A DNA stretch of 64,000 nt from an uncultured Prevotellaceae bacterium (GCA_900318555.1 ONKX01000023.1:13201-77200); one strand, 5' to 3'; shown: positions 20,158 through 31,594, numbered from the stretch's first letter. Numbers and translations: made by a program. Notes: generated by a model not told the origin, from the letters alone.

Positions 20158-21111
20158 CTATTCTGACTTGAACAAGTCCTTGATACCACCAATACTTCCC
20201 ATGAGGTTCGTAGCCTCGTAAGGCAGATAGACGGTCTTGGTCTTGTCGCCAGTGGCCAACTCCTGCAGCATCTGGATATACTTCTGAGCCAAGAGGTAGT
20301 TTGCGGGATTGGTCGACTTGCCTACGGCCTCGCTGATGAGTTCAATGGCTTTCGCCTCGGCTTCTGCCTTACGGATACGAGCCTGAGCCTCACCTTCTGC
20401 GTGCAGAATAGCCTGCTGTTTTTGAGCATCGGCACGGTTGATGATAGCTGTCTTCTCACCCTCAGAAGCCAGAATCTCGGCAGCCTTCTCACCCTCAGAG
20501 GTCAGGATCTGTGCACGCTTGTTACGCTCGGCCTGCATCTGCTTCTCCATCGCATTCAACACAGTTGCGGGAGGCACGATATCCTGCAACTCTACGCGGT
20601 TCACCTTGACACCCCACTTGTCGGTGGCATCGTCCAATACGGCACGCAGCTTGGTATTGATGGTGTCGCGTGAGGTCAGCGTCTCGTCCAGTTCCAGCTC
20701 ACCAATGATGTTACGTAACGTGGTCTGCGTCAGCTTCTCGATGGCATTGGGCAGGTTCGAAATCTCATAGACGGCCTTGAACGGATCTACAATCTGGAAG
20801 TACAGCAAGGCGTTGATTTCCATCTGGATGTTATCCTTGGTAATTACGTTCTGCGAGGGGAAGTCGTACACCTGTTCGCGCAGGTCGATGCTGTTCGAGT
20901 AGGTATAGCGGCCACGCGAGAGCACGACGATGTCCTTGGCGCGGTCAATGAAGGGAATGATGATGTTGATACCGGGATTCAGCGTAGCATAGTAGCGACC
21001 CAGACGTTCGATGATTTTGGTTTCCGACTGCGGAATAATGACCAGTGCCATCTTGGCAAAGAGAATAACGCAGACGATGATGACGATTAATACATAACTC
21101 ATGATGTCCAT
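20158..21111 (-). CDS. SPFH/band 7 (paraslipin-like) protein
   Basis: IIERLGRY, IDLREQVYDF, QNVITKDN, QMQAERNKRA. Confidence 0.92.
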   Translation of the reverse strand: MDIMSYVLIVIIVCVILFAKMALVIIPQSETKIIERLGRYYATLNPGINIIIPFIDRAKDIVVLSRGRYTYSNSIDLREQVYDFPSQNVITKDNIQMEINALLYFQIVDPFKAVYEISNLPNAIEKLTQTTLRNIIGELELDETLTSRDTINTKLRAVLDDATDKWGVKVNRVELQDIVPPATVLNAMEKQMQAERNKRAQILTSEGEKAAEILASEGEKTAIINRADAQKQQAILHAEGEAQARIRKAEAEAKAIELISEAVGKSTNPANYLLAQKYIQMLQELATGDKTKTVYLPYEATNLMGSIGGIKDLFKSE

Positions 21112-21150
21112 AATTTTGATAGTTTATTGTTTATTATTTAAGTTTATTGT

Positions 21151-21594
21151 TTACAGCGTTTCTACTGTGATAATGGTGCTTTCGCGGTTGATGACACGAA
21201 CGGTGGTTCCAACGGGAATGTCCGTATTGCTGACGGCTTTCCACAGGTCTCCGTCAATCTGTACATAGCCGCTGGCATTAGCCGTGATAGGCTCCGTCAC
21301 TCGTCCCGTACGGCCTAACAGCGCGTCGGCATTGCTGGGTTTGTTGGGTTCGTTCTTGTGCAGATACCGCAGTGCCACAGGCCGGACGGTAAAGATAGCC
21401 AGCAAGGAGAATAGTGCGAAGATGGCCAGTTGCCAATAGACATTCAGTCCCAATACGGCTCCGATGATGGCAAAGACAGCACCGATAGAGAAGCAGATGA
21501 TGAAGAAATCACCCGATGAGAGTTCCAGAATCAGGCATAGTACGGCAATGATGGCCCATACCTGCCACATGTTTTGCAAGAAATACTCAATCAT
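21151..21594 (-). CDS. NfeD-family protein
   Basis: Three TM segments plus OB fold (GYVQIDGDLWKA); upstream of SPFH gene. Confidence 0.88.
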   Translation of the reverse strand: MIEYFLQNMWQVWAIIAVLCLILELSSGDFFIICFSIGAVFAIIGAVLGLNVYWQLAIFALFSLLAIFTVRPVALRYLHKNEPNKPSNADALLGRTGRVTEPITANASGYVQIDGDLWKAVSNTDIPVGTTVRVINRESTIITVETL

Positions 21595-21625
21595 ACGCGT
21601 TCATTATTATTAATTATACATTATT

Positions 21626-22141
21626 TTATATAGACAGTACAAAGTCGTCCCAATCTTTTGTCGAGCCCTTACGGCCGAAAACCTTCTGATAGAGTCGGCT
21701 GCGCGTCGAGGCAATGCTCTCCTTCGAATGTGCCGTCAGCGTGGCGATATCCTTGGGTTGCATGCGTATCTTGATAAGCAGACTGACGTGATAGTCCTGC
21801 TCGCTCATGCGATAGAGGCTGTACAACTTGTCGGTAAATCCCGTGTAGGTGTTGTTTACCACCTCCGTCAGTTCCGCCCATTCGGCCTCCGGCATGTTCT
21901 TTCCTTCTGCCAGGTATTGCTTGATGCGCTGGTAAACGTCCGACGAGAAAATGTCGTTCACGTCCTGCGCATGCGTCCGTTGTTCCATCACGGCAATTTT
22001 CTGCATGGCGTGGATGTTGTCCAGTCGGCTTTGCAGGAGTTGCATCTTACGTCGGTTGCTCTGCAGCACCATTATAAATAAGGTGATGTAGAACACGGTG
22101 CAGATGATGAGCAGAAACAGCTCGCGGTCGGTGAGTATCAT
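21626..22141 (-). CDS. Membrane-anchored protein with C-terminal LuxR-like HTH
   Basis: N-terminal TM; KDIATLTAHSKESIASTRSRLYQK. Confidence 0.65.
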   Translation of the reverse strand: MILTDRELFLLIICTVFYITLFIMVLQSNRRKMQLLQSRLDNIHAMQKIAVMEQRTHAQDVNDIFSSDVYQRIKQYLAEGKNMPEAEWAELTEVVNNTYTGFTDKLYSLYRMSEQDYHVSLLIKIRMQPKDIATLTAHSKESIASTRSRLYQKVFGRKGSTKDWDDFVLSI

Positions 22142-22328
22142 GTTTTTTTCTGTTTGATTGATTTTGTTGCTGCAAAATTAGTAAATAATTGCTTTACTTG
22201 CAAGAAAAATGGTTTGCAAAAATGCGCAAAGGGCCATTTGCAAACATTTGCGAAGGGGAAAACAATAAGAATGAATAGAAAATGGCACTATTGGCACAAA
22301 AAAAAGAGGCGCTGGCCTCTTCTTTTTT

Positions 22329-23477
22329 TTATTCGTCTTTCTTCAGCGGAATGGTGAAACTGAATACGGAGCCTTCGCCTTCGATAGATTCGACGTAAGC
22401 ATCACCGCCATTCTTGCGCGCAAAGTCCTGGCACAGTTGGAGACCCAGTCCGGAACCTTCCTCACCGCCTGTACCATACGTCGTTTCACCCTTATGGAAG
22501 ATGCTGTCCACACGATCAGCGGCAATACCGACACCGTGGTCCTGCACGCAGATTCGGGCAAAATCACCTTCACGCTTGTAGAACACCTCAATGCCCTTGC
22601 CCTCTGGCGTAAACTTAACGGCATTCGATATGAAGTTACGAATGACGGTCTTAATCATATCATTGTCCGCACGAACTGTCAGCTTCTCTTCAGCAGGCAG
22701 ATACTGCAAGTTGATTTTCTTCATCTCGGCAATCATCTTGAAGATATCCACAACGCCAGGAACGACATCGTCCAAATCAATGTCCTGATAGACGACATTC
22801 AAGCGGCCCGTCTGACTCTTGGTCCATTTCAGCAGGTTATCCAACAAGTCGTGGGTCTCCTCTGATTCACGATTGGCCTTGTCCAACAGTCCGAAAATCT
22901 CCTCTCCCACTACATCGGGCGACACCACGTTGACAGCGAGGTTGAGCACCATACGGATAGAGGCCATTGGCGAACGCAGGTCATGAGCAATAACGGAATA
23001 CATCTTGTCGCGGTTCGAAATGGTGCGCTTCAACTCTTCGTTCTGCCTCACAATAATGCGCTTGGCGGCTACCAGCTGAATCTGGTGCATCACGCGCATG
23101 ACGAGCTCTTCCTTATTAAACGGTTTTGTCAGAAAGTCGTTAGCACCAACTTGGAAACCCTTCACCAAATCACTGGGATTATTGAGTGCCGTCAGGAAAA
23201 TGATGGGAATATCTGCCGTCTCTGGATCCTTCTTCAAGATGACTGCCGTATCAAAACCGCTGATGTCAGGCATCATCACGTCGAGCAATATCAAATCGGG
23301 CTTCTCCGCCTTTGCCTGCTCAATACACGCATTACCGCAGTTGGCAGTACAAACCTGAAACTTCTCGTTGGTGAGGAGAATCTTCAGCAGAAGCACATTG
23401 CTGACCACATCGTCAACGATTAGGATTTTATAATCGCTTCGGTTTATTTGTGACTCAAAACTTTCGTTCAGTTCCAT
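22329..23477 (-). CDS. Hybrid response regulator/histidine kinase
   Basis: REC domain (IVDD, LLDVMMP); H box AHDLRSP; N box NAVKFT; G boxes. Confidence 0.92.
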   Translation of the reverse strand: MELNESFESQINRSDYKILIVDDVVSNVLLLKILLTNEKFQVCTANCGNACIEQAKAEKPDLILLDVMMPDISGFDTAVILKKDPETADIPIIFLTALNNPSDLVKGFQVGANDFLTKPFNKEELVMRVMHQIQLVAAKRIIVRQNEELKRTISNRDKMYSVIAHDLRSPMASIRMVLNLAVNVVSPDVVGEEIFGLLDKANRESEETHDLLDNLLKWTKSQTGRLNVVYQDIDLDDVVPGVVDIFKMIAEMKKINLQYLPAEEKLTVRADNDMIKTVIRNFISNAVKFTPEGKGIEVFYKREGDFARICVQDHGVGIAADRVDSIFHKGETTYGTGGEEGSGLGLQLCQDFARKNGGDAYVESIEGEGSVFSFTIPLKKDE

Positions 23478-23587
23478 TTTGCTTAGGGTTTCGTTATTTT
23501 CAGCTGCAAAAATAGCAAATATTTAGCATTCCGCCAAATATTTGCTACTTTTTTTTATATGAAAGCCTTTTTTCAGGCTAAAAAGCC

Positions 23588-25502
23588 TTAAAAATCCTTT
23601 GTCATTTCCTTCACTTCGGCATTGATGTGGTCGATGAACTCCTGGATAGTCATCACCTTCTGCTCGCCACCGCCCTGAGGACGAACGGCAACGGTGCCAT
23701 CCTGTTGTTCCTTCTCACCAACAATCACCATGTAAGGAATACGCTTCAACTCGTTGTCGCGAATCTTACGACCGAGCTTCTCGTTGCGCAGGTCGATGGT
23801 AGGACGCACGCCACCCAGGTCGAACTTCTTGGCAACCTCCTTGGCATAGTCGTTGTACTTCTCCGACAGAGGCAGGATTGCTACCTGATCGGGAGTCAGC
23901 CACAAGGGGAAGTGACCGCTAGTGTGTTCGATGAGCACGGCGCAGAAACGCTCCATACTTCCGAACGGCGCACGGTGAATCATGACAGGTGTCTTCTTCG
24001 TGTTATCCTCGTCAGTATATTCCAGCTGGAAGCGCTTCGGCAGGTTGTAGTCCACCTGAATAGTACCCAACTGCCAACGACGACCAATAGCGTCCTTGAT
24101 CATGAAGTCGAGCTTAGGACCATAGAACGCAGCCTCGCCGTATTCTACCTTTGCGGGCAGGCCCTTCTCCTGACAAGCCTCAACGATAGCCTTCTCAGCC
24201 AGTGCCCAGTCTTCGTCAGTACCTACATATTTATCGTGGTCGTTAGGATCGCGCAGAGAAATCTGTGCCTCGAAGTTGAATCCGAAGGCAGTCAGCACGA
24301 TGCCAATGATATCCATCACGTTCAGGAACTCCTGCTTCACCTGGTCGGGACGACAGAACAGGTGGGCATCGTCCTGCGTGAACGAACGTACACGGGTCAG
24401 TCCGTGCAACTCACCACTCTGCTCGTAGCGATACACCGTACCAAACTCAGCGATGCGCAGAGGAAGGTCACGGTATGAACGGGGCTTCCAAGCGAAGATC
24501 TCGCAGTGGTGAGGACAGTTCATCGGCTTCAGCATGTACTCCTCGTCCTCCTCAGGTGTATGGATAGGCTGGAACGAATCCTTGCCATAGTGTGCATAGT
24601 GACCAGAGGTAACGTAGAGGTTCTTCGAACCGATGTGCGGAGTGATAACCTCCTGATAACCGAAACGTTTCTGAACCTTGCGCAGGTGGTCCTGCAGGCG
24701 CAGACGGAGCTCAGTACCCTTCGGCAACCAGATAGGCAGACCCTTACCAACCTTATCTGAGAACATGAAGAGTTCCATCTCCTTACCAATCTTACGATGG
24801 TCGCGCTTCTTAGCCTCCTCCAGCATCTCGAGATACTCATCGAGCATCTTCTTCTTGGGGAACGAGATACCATACAGACGCTGCATCTGCTCGCGGTTGG
24901 CATCACCACGCCAGAAAGCTCCAGCAACGCTTGTCAGCTTTACGGCCTTGATTTCGCCTGTATCTACGAGGTGCGGACCACGACACAAATCGGTGAAATT
25001 ACCTTGTGTATAGGTGGTGATTGAACCGTCTTCCAAGTCCTGCTCGATGTGCTCGCACTTGTAGGTCTGTCCGTCGGCAGCAAACTGCTTCAGGGCTTCG
25101 GCCTTAGGCACTTCACGACGAACGACGGCCTCCTTCTTGCCAGCCAGTTCCTTCATCTTAGCCTCAATCTTGGGGAAGTCGCTCTCCTTGATCATCTCGC
25201 CGTCCTTCAACAGCACATCATAGAAGAATCCGTTCTCGACAGCAGGTCCGAAACCGAACTGGATGCCAGGATACAACTCCTGCAGAGCCTCTGCCAACAG
25301 GTGGGCTGAGGTGTGCCAGAAAGTGTGCTTACCCTGCTCGTCGTCGAATTTATAGAGGGCAATCGTAGCATCCTCCATAATAGGACGGTTCAACTCAACG
25401 GTTTCTCCATTCACGCCACAGCTGACAACGCTGCGTGCCAGAGCAGGAGAAATGCTCTCGGCAATCTGAAAACCAGTCGTCTGGGAAAGTAATGTTAATC
25501 AT
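23588..25502 (-). CDS. thrS: Threonine--tRNA ligase; apparent ~29-nt deletion/frameshift at ~25478
   Basis: [35 protein letters not shown]; MINITFPD start is out of frame with the rest. Confidence 0.93.
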
Positions 25503-25597
25503 ATCTACAATATATGTTTGAATTTAAACAGCCGCAAAGGTACAAATAATCGAACGAATAACCAAATAATTTTGGGACTTTTTCGAACCTTCTTCGC

Positions 25598-26023
25598 TTA
25601 ATCAATCTTTTCGATGAACTGGCCCTGGGGGGTAAAACGCATATCTTCGTCGTTCGACAATTCTATCTTATAACCATAGGGTTTCTTACTCAATTTGGTG
25701 ATGACATCCTCAGGATAATGGGTCTTCGCATATTCCCAGATGGGGGGCGGGACGAGTGTGGAAGGCACGCCCGTCTTTTTGCGCCCTACCCTTTTCCAGT
25801 TTCCCTGCATATCGAACTCGATCTTTGTGCCGTCGTTGAGACACACACTATATTCTTTCCCACCATCGTCGTCAGTATCCATCTCCACAAGGACGACGGA
25901 CGACTCAGGGAAATACTGGTCGATAAAAGCTTTTGAAGAGGCTGGGATCTTATCGTCCATACATGCCGCCATCAGCCATATCGCCATGAAACCAAGCACT
26001 GCTATATATATCTTCTTTCTCAT
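25598..26023 (-). CDS. PepSY-like (BLIP-like) lipoprotein
   Basis: MAAC lipobox; two Y.V.L.DG..IEFD..G-type repeats. Confidence 0.8.
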   Translation of the reverse strand: MRKKIYIAVLGFMAIWLMAACMDDKIPASSKAFIDQYFPESSVVLVEMDTDDDGGKEYSVCLNDGTKIEFDMQGNWKRVGRKKTGVPSTLVPPPIWEYAKTHYPEDVITKLSKKPYGYKIELSNDEDMRFTPQGQFIEKID

Positions 26024-26034
26024 CTTCAGCTACT

Positions 26035-27825
26035 TTAGTGTTCTAATACATCTGCAATTTTGTCGGCATTCATACTACGGGCACTGGCATCGAAGATTTC
26101 CTTGTAACGCCCGCCTTGCCGATAGACATCATCCGGTTTTCCACTCTCAACAACACGGCCTTGATCCAATACGTAAATAGTATCGGCATCGATAATCTGT
26201 CCGATGTTGTGCGAAATGATAATCACCGTCCTACCCTGCTTAATGGCATCAATGCTGGCCTTGATCTGCTCCGTGGCAATGGCATCCAGACTAGCCGTAG
26301 GCTCATCGAGGATGATGACGGTGGGATTTTTGATGAACATGCGGGCAATAGCTACACGTTGCTGCTGACCACCACTCAGTCGCAGGGCACTGCTCTCGAA
26401 ACCTTTAGGCAACTGCATCACCTGGTCGTAGAGGAAAGCCCTACGGGCGGCATTCACCACATCGTCGTGAGTGGCCTGCGGATTGCCGTATTTGATGTTA
26501 TCTTCGATGGTTCCGTCGAAGATGTGGTTCTTCTGCATCACCAGTCCTACATGTTCGCGCAGCCAGCGAGTATCCCACTGCTCAATGGGTCTTCCGTCGA
26601 GCATGATGGTACCACTGTCTGCGTGGTAGAACTTGTCGAGCAAGTTTACGACGGTGCTCTTGCCCGCTCCGCTCATACCCACCAGAGCCGTTATCTTGCC
26701 GGGCTCAATACGCATCGATACGTCGTGCAAGGCTTTGACACCATTGGGATAGGCGAAGTCAACATGCTGCATCTCGAAGCAGCCCTTTACTTCGTCAGGA
26801 CGATAATTGCCCGTATCCTCCACATGTTCATCGCCTTCCAACAAGTCAAAAAGTCCCTCAGAATAAATCAACGCATCGTTCAAGTCATCATAGATGCGAT
26901 GCAGCTGACGGATGGGAGCACTGACGTTGGCAAATAGCATGACATGGTACATAATCTTACCGATGGTCATACCCGGATAGTCGATAAGCACGAGGTAAGC
27001 CGTCAGGATGATGACGAGCACGGTGCCTATCTGTTCCAGAAAACCTTTCAAACCCGTATAGAAATAGCTCTGCTTGCGTGTTGACAACTGCAAATCGGTT
27101 ACAGCATCCTGTACGCCTTCCATGCGCTGGTCTTCTACCACTTCGCGGTTAAACGACTTGATGACACCAATGCTTTCGATGATGTTCAGAATATTCTGGC
27201 TAACAGCCTGCTGCCCGTTGAAGATGCCACGGCGTCCGGCACGCATGCGCTCTGCCTGGATGTAGGTGACGTAGAAATAGACAGGGACAATGGCCAGAGC
27301 CACCAAGCCCACATAGACATTGGCCATGAACATCAGGATAAGCGCCAGCACGGCACTCGTAAGCAACGGCAGGATGTCGATAAAGAAACTGTTGACGGCA
27401 CGACTCGTACTCAATACGCCCTTGTCGATGCGCGACTGCAGACGACCTGCCTCGTTGCCTGAAGTGGTGAAGAACGCCATGCGGAACGTCTGCATGTGGT
27501 GAACCACCTGTAACGTCAGGTCGCGACTCACCAGAATGCGCATGCGCTCACCGTAATAGCGACGGAAGAAATTGACCACGGCGGCCAGTAGCTCTTTGCC
27601 AAGCAATACGGCACTGACAATAATGAGGACACGCAAGGCGCTGGGCCACATCAGCGTCGGCTGCTGGTCAAGAACATTAATGGCATCGACTGCACGATCG
27701 AGGACAATGGCGTTAACCTGCGCCAGTAGCGACCCCAGCAGGGTCAATACCAGCGTCACTACCAACAACCATCGGTAGGGCTTCACAATCCGCAGGATGT
27801 AATATAGCAACGTTCCAATGCCCAT
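26035..27825 (-). CDS. ABC transporter, fused permease and ATP-binding domains
   Basis: TMD plus GMSGAGKST, LSGGQQQR, LDEPT. Confidence 0.93.
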   Translation of the reverse strand: MGIGTLLYYILRIVKPYRWLLVVTLVLTLLGSLLAQVNAIVLDRAVDAINVLDQQPTLMWPSALRVLIIVSAVLLGKELLAAVVNFFRRYYGERMRILVSRDLTLQVVHHMQTFRMAFFTTSGNEAGRLQSRIDKGVLSTSRAVNSFFIDILPLLTSAVLALILMFMANVYVGLVALAIVPVYFYVTYIQAERMRAGRRGIFNGQQAVSQNILNIIESIGVIKSFNREVVEDQRMEGVQDAVTDLQLSTRKQSYFYTGLKGFLEQIGTVLVIILTAYLVLIDYPGMTIGKIMYHVMLFANVSAPIRQLHRIYDDLNDALIYSEGLFDLLEGDEHVEDTGNYRPDEVKGCFEMQHVDFAYPNGVKALHDVSMRIEPGKITALVGMSGAGKSTVVNLLDKFYHADSGTIMLDGRPIEQWDTRWLREHVGLVMQKNHIFDGTIEDNIKYGNPQATHDDVVNAARRAFLYDQVMQLPKGFESSALRLSGGQQQRVAIARMFIKNPTVIILDEPTASLDAIATEQIKASIDAIKQGRTVIIISHNIGQIIDADTIYVLDQGRVVESGKPDDVYRQGGRYKEIFDASARSMNADKIADVLEH

Positions 27826-27840
27826 ATTATTCGAGTTTAT

Positions 27841-29646
27841 TTACTTTCGCTGGTTTTTCAGGAGGCTGTAGGCGGCATAGAGGCCGAGTTCGCCGGCTTT
27901 GGAGAGGTCGGCGGTAGCTTCCTTCTGATGTTTCAGGGTCAAATGGGCCAAGCCGCGATTGTAGTAGGCTTCTGCCAGATGGGCATCCAGCGCAATAGCC
28001 TTGGTATAATCGGCAATGGCCTGCTGATGATCCATGCATTGCACATAAGCATTGCCGCGATTATAATAGAGGTAGGCGTTAGTGGGCGCCAGCGCAATAG
28101 CCTGCGTCAGGTTTTCCAATAGGTTTGCAGTCATCAGCGGCATGTCGGACGATTCCTGCTGTGCCTGACAGATAGCCCGCAACCAAAGGGCTACTGCCGA
28201 TTTGGAATCACGCTCGAGCCAGGGTGCCGGATCGTGGATGGTACTTTCGCCACAGACAATATACAATTGCATGTTAGCAGGTAGCGTATGGTTCAGCGAA
28301 TCCACCTGACGGTCGTAAGCCACATAATGTTTGACGGCACTCTGCTGACGTTGCGTCGAGAGCACATACATCGGCAGATAGTCCATACCCACATGGCGGT
28401 TCTGTACACGACCGCGATAGTCGCTCTGGTATTCGGGCTGCACCTCCTGTTCGTCAGCGACAGCCAGCTGGTTATATTTCTCGATATCCTCGTCGCTACG
28501 CTTACGCATCTGTTTGGGCGAAAGTCGCGGCTGTTTGCCCATACGTTTGTCCAACTGGGCTTTCAGTATGCGGAACTCGTCCTGTTCGGCCTGCTTTGTC
28601 AAACCCAGCTTCCTGTAACACTGCGCACGCTGATGCAATCCCGTCCAGAAATTCGGATACTGGTCGATAACCTTCGAATAGTCGCGAATGGCAGCACGGG
28701 GATTACCCGTCTGTTCCAACAGCAGGGCACGATTGTAGAGTGCCATCAGATTGTCAGGCTCCAACTTCAGGACGAAGTCGAAGTCGGTGATGGCACGGTT
28801 GTCGTCACCCACCTGCGCACGCAACAAGCCTCGGTTGTAGTGGCCAAGGAAGTTGTTGGGTTCGAAATCGAGTGCCGTATCGTAGTCGGCCATTGCTCCA
28901 CGCAGGTTCTGCTGGTTGAAGCGGGCCAACGCACGATTGATATAAAGGTTGGCATCTTTGGGCAACAGGTGGATGGCTTTGTTCAGATAACCCTCACCCT
29001 CCTTCCATTCACTGCGCGCCAGACTGATGACAGCACGCTGAGCCCAGACATTACCGTCGTAGGCGTCGAGCTCGATACTCTTTTCCAACGCCTCGATAGC
29101 CTTCGTCGTGTCTTTCTGTTGGATATAGACATCGGCCTTCATGGCAGGGATACGGGCATTCTTGCTCCAACGCGCGCTCATCGTATCCAACTCGGCCAAC
29201 GCCTTGTCGTATTCTTTTTGCTGGATGCGACACAGTGCACGGTTGTGCCACAGGTTGACACTCTCAGGATCGTAGCGCAGGGCGGCATTATAGTCGCTGA
29301 CGGCTCCCTCGAAATTCTTCTGGTGGATACGGCAGAGTCCGCGCAATTCGTAGATGCCAACGACATATGGGTTACGCTCAAGTGCCTCCGTACAATCGCT
29401 CTCTGCACCTACATAGTCGTCCAGATAAAATTTCGCCACGCCTCTGAAGAACCACGGCTCGTAGAGGTATGGCTTGGACGAAATAGCCTGATTGAAATAC
29501 TGGATGCTCAGCACATAGTCCTCATAATAGAGCGCCGAGCGCCCTATCATCAGCAATCGGTCGGTATTGAACTGAGCATGACACATTGAACATTGAACAT
29601 TAAACATTGAACATTGAAGTGCAAAGAACAACAATGCAAATCTCAT
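27841..29646 (-). CDS. Secreted tetratricopeptide repeat protein
   Basis: Many TPRs (YxNRG/A..DY..A); signal peptide ending AQ. Confidence 0.9.
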   Translation of the reverse strand: MRFALLFFALQCSMFNVQCSMCHAQFNTDRLLMIGRSALYYEDYVLSIQYFNQAISSKPYLYEPWFFRGVAKFYLDDYVGAESDCTEALERNPYVVGIYELRGLCRIHQKNFEGAVSDYNAALRYDPESVNLWHNRALCRIQQKEYDKALAELDTMSARWSKNARIPAMKADVYIQQKDTTKAIEALEKSIELDAYDGNVWAQRAVISLARSEWKEGEGYLNKAIHLLPKDANLYINRALARFNQQNLRGAMADYDTALDFEPNNFLGHYNRGLLRAQVGDDNRAITDFDFVLKLEPDNLMALYNRALLLEQTGNPRAAIRDYSKVIDQYPNFWTGLHQRAQCYRKLGLTKQAEQDEFRILKAQLDKRMGKQPRLSPKQMRKRSDEDIEKYNQLAVADEQEVQPEYQSDYRGRVQNRHVGMDYLPMYVLSTQRQQSAVKHYVAYDRQVDSLNHTLPANMQLYIVCGESTIHDPAPWLERDSKSAVALWLRAICQAQQESSDMPLMTANLLENLTQAIALAPTNAYLYYNRGNAYVQCMDHQQAIADYTKAIALDAHLAEAYYNRGLAHLTLKHQKEATADLSKAGELGLYAAYSLLKNQRK

Positions 29647-29700
29647 GAATATGTTACCACAGTGTATCATGTTCAACGTTCAATGTTCAACGTTCAATGT
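29583..29700. repeat. Two oppositely oriented ACATTGA/TCAAYGT heptamer arrays (29583-29618 and 29669-29700)
   Basis: Read directly from the sequence. Confidence 0.9.
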
Positions 29701-30254
29701 CTTACCGGTTTTGTCTTGTATCCACAACGGTATCTCCCTTCTGTGAGGGCTCTGAGCTTGCTCTTGATGAGCTGCTTGCGGAGTGGCGAGATACGGTCGA
29801 CAAACATCTTGCCGTCCAAGTGGTCGAACTCGTGTTGCATCACACGGGCCAGATAGCCCTCAATCCACTCGTCGTGGTGGTTAAACTGCTCGTCGTCCCA
29901 TTCTACACGGATACGGGTAGGACGAACCACCTTCTCATGGATGGCAGGCAACGACAGACAGCCCTCTTCGCTGGTATCCGTCTTGGCATCGTCATACTCC
30001 ACAATATGCGGATTGATATACACCTGACGGAAACCCTTATATTCGGGCATATCTTCAGCCAACACGTCGAGGTCGATAACCGACAGGCGTATCGCACGAC
30101 CAATCTGGGGTGCTGCCAGTCCGATGCCTTCGCTCTCGGCCAGCGTTTCCCACATATCGGCAATGAGCTGCTTCAGTTCCGGATAGTCGGGGGTGATGTC
30201 TTCCGTCACCTTCCTCAACACCGGCTGACCATATATATAAATAGGTAATATCAT
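29694..30254 (-). CDS. def: Peptide deformylase
   Basis: [24 protein letters not shown]. Confidence 0.97.
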   Translation of the reverse strand: MILPIYIYGQPVLRKVTEDITPDYPELKQLIADMWETLAESEGIGLAAPQIGRAIRLSVIDLDVLAEDMPEYKGFRQVYINPHIVEYDDAKTDTSEEGCLSLPAIHEKVVRPTRIRVEWDDEQFNHHDEWIEGYLARVMQHEFDHLDGKMFVDRISPLRKQLIKSKLRALTEGRYRCGYKTKPVRH

Positions 30255-30288
30255 ATTCAGTTAAGAGTTAAGAATGAAGAGTTAAGAG

Positions 30289-30702
30289 TTATTTCTTACT
30301 CCGGAGGTAGTCCTCGAGGATGATGGTGGCGGAGATTTCGTCCACCAGCGCCTTGTCCTGACGGGCTTTCCTCTTCAGACCGGCGTCCAGCATAGCCTGA
30401 TGGGCCAGCACGGAGGTGAAGCGCTCGTCGTAGTACTCGATAGGAATGTCAGGACGTTGTTTGCGCCAGCGGTTGACAAACTGCTCGACACGTGCCAGAT
30501 TCTCGCTGGGCTGGCCGTTAGGCTGGCGGGGCTCGCCAATGACGATACGCTCCACGGGCTCACGACCCACGTACTGCTGCAGATAATCGAACAACTCAGA
30601 CGTAGAGACAGTCGCCAACCCGCCTGCTATGATTTGCAGTGGGTCGGTGACTGCCAGTCCTGTACGTTTCTTTCCGTAGTCTATAGATAATATCCGAGCC
30701 AC
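30289..30702 (-). CDS. ruvX: RuvX/YqgF nuclease
   Basis: IDYGKKRTGLAVTD, DERFTS, VDEISATIIL. Confidence 0.93.
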   Translation of the reverse strand: MARILSIDYGKKRTGLAVTDPLQIIAGGLATVSTSELFDYLQQYVGREPVERIVIGEPRQPNGQPSENLARVEQFVNRWRKQRPDIPIEYYDERFTSVLAHQAMLDAGLKRKARQDKALVDEISATIILEDYLRSKK

Positions 30703-30705
30703 AGC

Positions 30706-31203
30706 TTACTTAGCATACAGCAGCCATGCACCAGGATACTTTGCCTGCAGGTCGTTACGGCTTGCGGCAGCCTCAGCCTTTGTGTCGAAAGTGGTAGCAA
30801 CCACACGATACATAGCGGGCTGAACAGCAGAGTTGAGCACAATCTGAGCGTCATATCCTACTGAACGCAGCGTCTGCTGCAGACCATCGGCATTAGCACG
30901 CAGTGAGAATGAACCAACGACAACGCTGAAGTTCTTCAGACCAGCACCACTGACCACCGTTACGTTCTCCTGACGAACTGACACATTGTCAGCATTGTCC
31001 AAAACGCGGGTGTTCGTAGCGGGACGCTCCTGCAGAGGAGCAACCACGTTCTGCTCTACAGTTTCCTGCTGGGCAGGAGTCTGAACTTCTTCCTGGGCCT
31101 TAGCCTTCAGATAAGCCTGCTTGTAGGCACTCTCACTCGACTTACAGCTTGTAAAAGCCATAGCTGCGCAAATACCAGCGCAAAGCACGATGTACTTCTT
31201 CAT
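30706..31203 (-). CDS. SPOR domain lipoprotein
   Basis: FTSC lipobox; VVVGSFS...YRVVA...AWLL. Confidence 0.88.
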   Translation of the reverse strand: MKKYIVLCAGICAAMAFTSCKSSESAYKQAYLKAKAQEEVQTPAQQETVEQNVVAPLQERPATNTRVLDNADNVSVRQENVTVVSGAGLKNFSVVVGSFSLRANADGLQQTLRSVGYDAQIVLNSAVQPAMYRVVATTFDTKAEAAASRNDLQAKYPGAWLLYAK

Positions 31204-31375
31204 AATTTACCTTGTTTTCTATTTAAATTAAACTTAAAAATCTGTTTTATTGCGCAAAATTACAAAATAATGAGCAAAATCAAAGAAAAATACTGCGTAA
31301 AGTTTGTTAATTTCGAAAACTTTCCGTAAATTTGCCCTCGAAACAGACGTTTAACGCTATAAAAATATTACAACT

Positions 31376-31594
31376 ATGAAAAGTTTAGGTTATTTAGGCG
31401 CATTTTTCGGCGGAGCTCTCGCCGGAGCAGTTCTTGGTCTCTTACTGGCCCCCGAAAAGGGTGAAGAAACCCGTGTGAAAATTACTGAGGCTGTTGACGA
31501 CTTCATGAAGAAGCACAACATCAAGCTCAGTCGCAAAGAGGTGAAGGACCTCGTCGACGACATTGCCGATGCAGCTCCTGAAGTGGAAGCATAA
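31376..31594 (+). CDS. YtxH domain protein
   Basis: GALAGAVLGLLLAPEKGEETR. Confidence 0.88.
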   Translation: MKSLGYLGAFFGGALAGAVLGLLLAPEKGEETRVKITEAVDDFMKKHNIKLSRKEVKDLVDDIADAAPEVEA

